Positions 55,860 to 64,000 of a DNA stretch of 64,000 bases are shown in pieces (positions within the stretch are counted from its first letter, which is position 1; the number at the start of each line of letters is the position of its first letter). A program made the translations under genes and the position numbers. The stretch is taken from the NCBI GenBank assembly GCA_964016885.1, contig OZ024741.1, positions 1,922,001-1,986,000 of the forward strand, in the 5' to 3' direction. The notes below the pieces were generated by a model. It did no database searches. It saw nothing but the letters and a program-made list of their open reading frames with translations, and had not been told where the DNA came from. This DNA is from Eledone cirrhosa (lineage: Eukaryota).

Positions 55860-56104
55860 TCAAATACACACACACACAAACAAACACACACAAACACACA
55901 CAAACACACACACACCCACACATACACACATATATATATATATATATATACAGGTATACATACATAAATATTTGAACAGAAAGTTTTAATATTTGAACAT
56001 TGAAAGCTTTAATTTGCTCAAATAGTTCACCTTCCACATACACATACATGCACACAGACACACACATAAATACATACATACATATATATATATATATACA
56101 TACA

Positions 56105-56712
56105 TGGTGGCTGCCAACTCGTTTTCGAGTACGGCCACTACTTTATATCCATGTAGGAGAACCCCTACCGATGTACTGAACGAGTGTGACTTTTCAGTCC
56201 AGCCAGCGACTTGAAAACTCTGGTACAAACACTACACTTGTGACAATTATTGACACATAGAGCTGGGCCCTTGGTACCATGTGACGACAAGTGCAGAGAG
56301 ATCACCAGATATAAAGCAATGTCTGTGCCGTGAAGCTTTTATAGTGAGGAAAGGCACTGCACAAAGCTAGTCCCACTCTCTTAACCAAGATGATATTTAC
56401 CAAAAAGAAGAACAAGTCAACATCATTGGATACCATCAGGGTTGCAGGTGTTATTACAGAGTTTTCTTTCTCCTAGAATTCTGCCTTGACAAAGGCTAAG
56501 GGGTCATCTCTCCCGGTGATTTTGGATGGCCATTGACTCTTAAGAGCTCCTTTGCCCTTCGACAGGTTTTGTTTTTAGTCCTGCTGGATGTCCAAAGTCA
56601 CCCTCCTCACCAAGAAACCTTGTTGGGGTTGCCAGTTTAGTCGCCAACGACCCGATCATGGGACAGGTTGTACTGGGATACATGTTACCAGTAGCACCAA
56701 CTGGTGACCAGA
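56105..56712 (-). mobile_element. GC-richer interspersed repeat between microsatellites, possibly RTE-LINE-derived
   Basis: Composition shift and microsatellite boundaries; the family assignment is a recollection-level inference. Confidence 0.35.
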
Positions 56713-56917
56713 CATATATACATACATACATATACACACACACACTCATATATATATATATATATATATATATCTGAGACGCGAGTAGACAACTGATAAG
56801 GAAAACTCCCTCCCCGCCACTCCACTCTCCGTTCTTGGTTTCTTCTTATTCTCATTCCATTTTTAAACCTAACTTAACTACCAACTACACTGCCAATCCT
56901 ATTCTCCATATATTTTA

Positions 56918-57004
<87 letters not shown>

Positions 57005-57114
57005 TAATTTATTTTAGATTAATTGTAGCTTTCCTGTGTCTATTATATATTCCAGTCTTTACAACGTATCCCCCACGAATTCCACCCACGAATTCCTGTA
57101 GGATTGCCATAGCT

Positions 57115-60100
57115 TACAGTTGTATATACCACTGTCATAGTGTTATCTCTGTTGTATATACCACTGTCTTAATGATATCTCTGTTGTATATACCACTGTC
57201 GTAGTGTTATCTCTGTTGTATATACCACTGTCGTAGTGTTCTCTGTTGTATATGCCACTCTCGTAGTGTTATCTCTGTTGTATATATCACTGTTGCAGTA
57301 TTATCTCTGTTGTATATACCACTGTCGTAATGTTATCTCTGTTGTATATACCACTGTCTTAATGTTATCTCTGTTGTATATACCACTGTCTTAGTGTTAA
57401 CTTTGTTGTATATACCACTGTCGTAGTGTTATCGCTGTTGTATATACCACTGTCATAATGTTATCTCTGTTGTATAAACCACTGTCTTAATGTTATCTCT
57501 GTTGTATATATCACTGTCTTAGTGTTATCTCTGTTGTATATACCACTGACGTAGGGTTATCTCTGTTGTATATAACACTGTCTTAGTGTTATCTCTGTTG
57601 TATATATCACTGTCTTAATGTTATCTCTGTTGTATATACCACTGTCGTAATGTTATCTCTGTTGTATATACCACTGTCTTAATGTTATCTCTGTTGTATA
57701 TACCACTGTCTTAGTGTTAACTTTGTTGTATATGCCACTGTCTTAGTGTTACTTCAGTTGTATATACCACTGTCGTAATGATATCCCTGTTGTATATACC
57801 ACTGTCGTAATGTTATCTCTCTTTTATACACCACTGTCTTAATCTTATCTCTGTTGTATGAACCACTGTCTTAGTGTTATCCGTGTTGTACATAGCACTG
57901 CCGTAGTGTTATCTCTGTTGAATATACACTGTCTTATTCTTATCTCTGTTGTATATACCACTGTCTTAATGTTATCTCTGTTGTATATACCACTGTCGTA
58001 GTGTTATCTCTGTTGTATATACCACTCTATTAATATTTTCTCTGTTGTATATACCACTGTCTTAATGTTATCTCTGTTGTATAAACCACTGTCTTAGTGT
58101 TATCTCTGATGTATAAACCACTGTCTTAATTTTATCTCTGTTGTATATACCACTGTCGTAGTGTTATCTCTGTTGTATATACCATTGTCTTAATGTTATC
58201 TCTGTTGTATATACACACTGTCTTAATATTATCCCTGTTGTATATTCCACTGTCGTATTGTTATCTCTGTTGTATATACCACTGTCGTAGTGTTATATCT
58301 GTTGTATATACAACTGTCTTAATGTTATCTCTTATGTATATACCACTGTCTTAATGTTATCTCTGTTGTATATACCACTGTCTTAGTGTTATCCCTGTTG
58401 TATATACCACTCTCTTACTGTTATCTCTGTTGTATATACCACTGTCTTAGTGTTATCTCTGTTGTATATACCACTGACGTAGGGTTATCTCTGTTGTATA
58501 TACCACTGTCCTCGTGTTACCTCTGTTGTATATATCACTGTCTTAGTGTTATCTCTGTTGTATATACCACTGTCTTAATGTTATCTCTGTTGTATATATC
58601 TCTGTTGTATATGCCACTGTCGTAGTGCTATCTCTCTTGCATATACCACTGTCGTGGTATTATCCCTGTTGTATATACCACTGTCGTAGTGTTATCTCTG
58701 TTGTATATACCACTGGTTTAGTCTTATCTCTGTTGTATAAACCACTGTCTTAGTATTATCTCTGTTGTATATAACACTGTTGTTATGTTATCTCTCGTTT
58801 ATATACCACTGCCTTAATCTTATCTCTGTTGTATATACGACTGTCTTAATGTTATTTCTGTTCTATATACCACTGTCTTAGTGTTATCTCTGTTGTATAT
58901 ACTACTGTCTTAGTGTTACTTCTGTTGTATATATCACTGTTTTAATGTTATCTCTGTTGTATATATCACAATCGTAATGTTATACCTGTTGTATATACCA
59001 CTGTCGTAATGTTAACTTTCTTTTATATACCACTGTCTTAATCTTATCTCTGTTGTATGAACCACTGTCTTAGTGTTATCCGTGTTGTATATACCACTGT
59101 CGTAGTGTTATCTCTGTTGAATATACACTGTCTTATTCTTATCTCTGTTGTATATACCACTGACTTAATGTTATCTCTGTTGTATATACCACTGTCGTAG
59201 TGTTATCTCTGTTGTATATACCACTCTATTAATATTTTCTCTGTTGTATATACCACTGTCTTAATGTTATCTCTGTTGTATAAACCACTGTCTTAGTGTT
59301 ATCTCTGATGTATAAACCACTGTCTTAATGTTATCTCTGTTGTATATACCTCTGTCGTAGTGTTATCTCTGTTGTATATACCATTGTCTTAATGTTATCT
59401 CTGTTGTATATACCACTGTCTTAATGTTATCCCTGTTGTATATTCCACTGTCGTATTGTTATCTCTGTTGTATATACCACAGTCTTAGTGTTATCTCTGT
59501 TGTATATACCACTGTCGCAGTGTTATCTCTGTTGTATAAACCACACTCGTAGTGTTATCTCAGTTGTATATACCACTGTCATAATGTTATCTCTTTTGTA
59601 TAAACCACTGTCTTAATGTTATCTCTGTTGTATATACCACTGTCGTAGTGTTATCTCAGTTGTATATACCACTGTCGTAGTGTTATATCTGTTGTATATA
59701 CCACTGTCTTAATGTTATCTCTTATGTATATACCACTGTCTTAATGTTATCTCTGTTGTATATACCACTGTCTTAGTGTTATCCCTGTTGTATATACTAC
59801 TGTCTTAGTGTTACTTCTGTTGTATATATCACTGTTTTAATGTTATCTCTGTTGTATATATCACAATCGTAATGTTATACCTGTTGTATATACCACTGTC
59901 GTAATGTTAACTTTCTTTTATATACCACTGTCTTAATCTTATCTCTGTTGTATGAACCACTGTCTTAGTGTTATCCGTGTTGTATATACCACTGTCGTAG
60001 TGTTATCTCTGTTGAATATACACTGTCTTATTCTTATCTCTGTTGTATATACCACTGTCTTAATGTTATCTCTGTTGTATATACCACTGTCGTAGTGTTA

Positions 60101-63100
60101 TCTCTGTTGTATATACCACTCTATTAATATTTTCTCTGTTGTATATACCACTGTCTTAATGTTATCTCTGTTGTATAAACCACTGTCTTAGTGTTATCTC
60201 TGATGTATAAACCACTGTCTTAATGTTATCTCTGTTGTATATACCTCTGTCGTAGTGTTATCTCTGTTGTATATACCATTGTCTTAATGTTATCTCTGTT
60301 GTATATACCACTGTCTTAATGTTATCCCTGTTGTATATTCCATTGTCGTATTGTTATCTCTGTTGTATATACCACAGTCTTAGTGTTATCTCTGTTGTAT
60401 ATACCACTGTCGCAGTGTTATCTCTGTTGTATAAACCACACTCGTAGTGTTATCTCAGTTGTATATACCACTGTCATAATGTTATCTCTTTTGTATAAAC
60501 CACTGTCTTAATGTTATCTCTGTTGTATATACCACTGTCGTAGTGTTATCTCAGTTGTATATACCACTGTCGTAGTGTTATATCTGTTGTATATACCACT
60601 GTCTTAATGTTATCTCTTATGTATATACCACTGTCTTAATGTTATCTCTGTTGTATATACCACTGTCTTAGTGTTATCCCTGTTGTATATACCACTGTCT
60701 TACTGTTATCTCTGTTGTATATACCACTGTCTTAGTGTTATCTCTGTTGTATATACCACTGACGTAGGGTTATCTCTGTTGTATATACCACTGTCCTAGT
60801 GTTACCTCTGTTGTATATATCACTGTCTTAGTGTTATCTCTGTTGTATATACCACTGTCTTAATGTTATCTCTGTTGTATATATCTCTGTTGTATATGCC
60901 ACTGTCGTAGTGCTATCTCTCTTGCATATACCACTGTCGTGGTATTATCCCTGTTGTATATACCACTGTCGTAGTGTTATCTCTGTTGTATATACCACTG
61001 CCTTAGTCTTATCTCTGTTGTATAAACCACTGTCTTAGTATTATCTCTGTTGTATATAACACTGTCGTTATGTTATCTCTCTTTTATATACCACTACCTT
61101 AATCTTATCTCTGTTGTATATACCACTGTCTTAATGTTATTTCTGTTCTATATACCACTGTCTTAGTGTTATCTCTGTTGTATATACCACTGTCTTAGTG
61201 TTACTTCTGTTGTATATATCACTGTCTTAATGTTATCTCTGTTGTATATATCACTATCGTAATGTTATACCTGTTGTATATACCACTGTCGTAATGTTAA
61301 CTTTCTTTTATATACCACTGTCTTAATCTTATCTCTGTTGTATGAACCACTGACTTAGTGTTATCCCTGTTGTATATAGCACTGTCGTAGTGTTATCTCT
61401 GTTGAATATACACTGTCTTATTGTTATCTCTGTTGTATATAGCACTGTCTTAATGTTATCTCTGTTGTATATACCACTGTCTTAATGTTATCTCTGTTTA
61501 TATACCACTGTCGTAATGTTATCTCTGTTGTATATACGACTGTCGTAGTGTTATCTCTTTTGTATATACCTCTGTCTTAATGATTTCTCTGTTGTATATA
61601 CCACTGTCTTAATGTTATCTCTGTTGTATATACCACTGTCGTAGTGTTATCACTGTTGTATATACCACTGTCGTAGTGTTATATCTGTTGTATATACAAC
61701 TGTCTTAATGTTATCTCTTATGTATATACCACTGTCTTAATGTTATCTCTGTTGTATATACCACTGTCTTAGTGTTATCCCTGTTGTATATACCACTCTC
61801 TTAATGTTAACTCTGTTGCATATACCACTGTCTTAATGTTATCTCTGTTGTATATATCACTCTCGTAGTGTTATTTCTGTTGTATATACCACAGTCCTAG
61901 TTTTATCTCTATTGTATATACGACTGTCTTAATGTTATCTCTATTGCAGATATCCCTGTTGTATATTCCACTGTCGTATTGTTATCTCTGTTGTATATAC
62001 CACTCTCGTAGTGTTATCTCTGTTGTATATATCACTGTCGCAGTGTTATCTCTGTTGTATATACCACTGTCGTAGTATTATCTCTGTTGTATATACCACT
62101 GTCATAATATTATCTCTGTTGTATAAACCACTGTCTTAATGTTATCTCTGTTGTATATACCACTGTCGTACTGTTATCTCTGTTGTTTATACCACTGTCT
62201 TAATGTTATATTTGATGTATATACCACTGTCTTAATATTATATCTTTTGTATCTACCACTGTCTTAGTGTTATCGCCGTTGTATATACCACTGTCTTAAT
62301 GTTATCTCTGTTGTATATACCACGGTCGTAGTGTTATCTCTGTTGTATATACCACTGTCTTAATGTAATCTCTGTTGTATATACGACTGTCTTAATGTTA
62401 TCTCTGTTGCATATATCACTCTCGTAGTGTCATCTCTGTTGTATATACCACTGTCTTAGTTTTATCTCTATCGTATATACGACTGTCTTAATGTTATCTC
62501 TATTGTAGATATGCCTGTCGTATATTCCACTGTCGTATTGTTATCTCTGTTGCATATACCACTCTCGTAGTGTTATCTCTGTTGTATATATCACTGTCGC
62601 AGTGTTATCTCTGTTGTATATACCACTGTCGTAGTGTTATCTCTGTTATATATACTACTGTCATAATATTAATCTCTGTTGTATAAACCACTGTCTTAAT
62701 GTTATCTCTGTTGTATATACCACTGTCGTACTGTTATCTCTGTTGTATATACCACTGTTGTAGTGTTATCTCTGTTGTATATACCACTGTCTTAATGTTA
62801 TATTTGATGTATATACCACTGTCTTAATGTTATCTCTGTTGTATATACCACTGTCGTACTGTTATCTCTGTTGTTTATACCACTGTCTTAATGTTATATT
62901 TTATGTATATACCACTGTCTTAATATTATATCTTTTGTATCTACCACTGTCTTAGTGTTATCGCTGTTGTATATACCACTGTCGTACTGTTATCTCTGTT
63001 GTATATACCACTGTTGTAGTGTTATCTCTGTTGTATATATCACGGTCGTAGTGTTATCTCTGTTGTATATACCACTGTCTTAATGTTATCTTTGTTGTAT

Positions 63101-64000
63101 ATACCACTGTCTTAATGTTATCTCTGTTGTATATACCACTGTCTTAGTTTTATCTCTATTGTATATACGACTGTCTCAATGTTATCTCTATTGTAGATAT
63201 CCCTGTTGTATATTCCACTGTCGTATTGTTATCTCTGTTGTATATACCACTGTCTTAGTGTTATCTCTGTTGTATATACCACTCTCGTGGTGTTATCTCT
63301 GTTGTATATATCACTGTCGCAGTGTTAAGTCTGTTGTATATACCACTGTCGTAGTCTTATCTCTGTTGTATATACCACTGTCATAATGTTATCTCTGTTG
63401 TATAAACCACTGTCTTGATGTTATCTATGTTGTATATACCACTGTCGTACTGTTATCTCTGTTGTATATACCACTGTCGTAGGGTTATCTCTGTTGTATA
63501 TACCACTGTCCTAGTGTTATCTCTGTTGTATATACCACTGTCTTAATGTTATCTCTGTTGTATATACCTCTGTTGTATATACCACTGTCGTAGTGTTATC
63601 TCTGTTGCATATACCACTGTCGTAGTATTATCCCTGTTGTATATATCACTGTCGTAGTGTTACGTCTGTTGTATATACCACTGTCTTAATGTTATCTCTG
63701 TTGTATATACCTCTGTCTTAGTGTTATCTCTGCTGTATATACCACTGTCTTAACGTTATCTCTGTTGTATATACCACTGTCTTAATGTTATGTCTGTTGT
63801 ACATAGCACTGTCTTACAGTTATCTCTGTTGTATATACCACAGTACTAGAGTTATCTCTGTTGTATATACCACTGTCGTAGTGTTTTCTCTGTTCTATAT
63901 AGCACTGTCTTACAGTTATCTCTGTTGTATATAGCACAGTCTTAGTGTTATCTATGTTGTATATACCACTGTCTTATTGTTTTCTCTGCTGCATATATCA
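57115..64000. repeat. 32-bp satellite array (>6.8 kb, runs off the window) with higher-order duplications
   Basis: Unit CTCTGTTGTATATACCACTGTCTTAGTGTTAT; variant blocks recur ~895 bp apart. Confidence 0.97.

Overview
Gene-free, AT-rich eukaryotic repeat region. It is most likely cephalopod (Octopus-like), inferred from the tRNA-derived SINE family and the (TA)n/(CA)n density. I can support no host gene. Large minisatellites flank the window (46, 29 and 36 bp on the left, 32 bp on the right). A full-length but decayed Helitron lies at 13808-20344. The core (about 20.6-53.7 kb) is a (TA)n-microsatellite island of nested Penelope-like retroelements (PLEs): five RT + GIY-YIG elements, all coded on the minus strand, plus palindromic pseudo-LTR (pLTR) remnants. 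Folding by eye reveals about 27 type-I hammerhead ribozyme (HHR) motifs from roughly 10 sequence families. These include two non-coding tandem arrays with one HHR per monomer (628-bp x7.4 and about 420-bp x3; retrozyme-like), an HHR family with a ~116-nt stem II, and a family with a U3-A8 variant core. All structures were paired manually; none was computed or tested.
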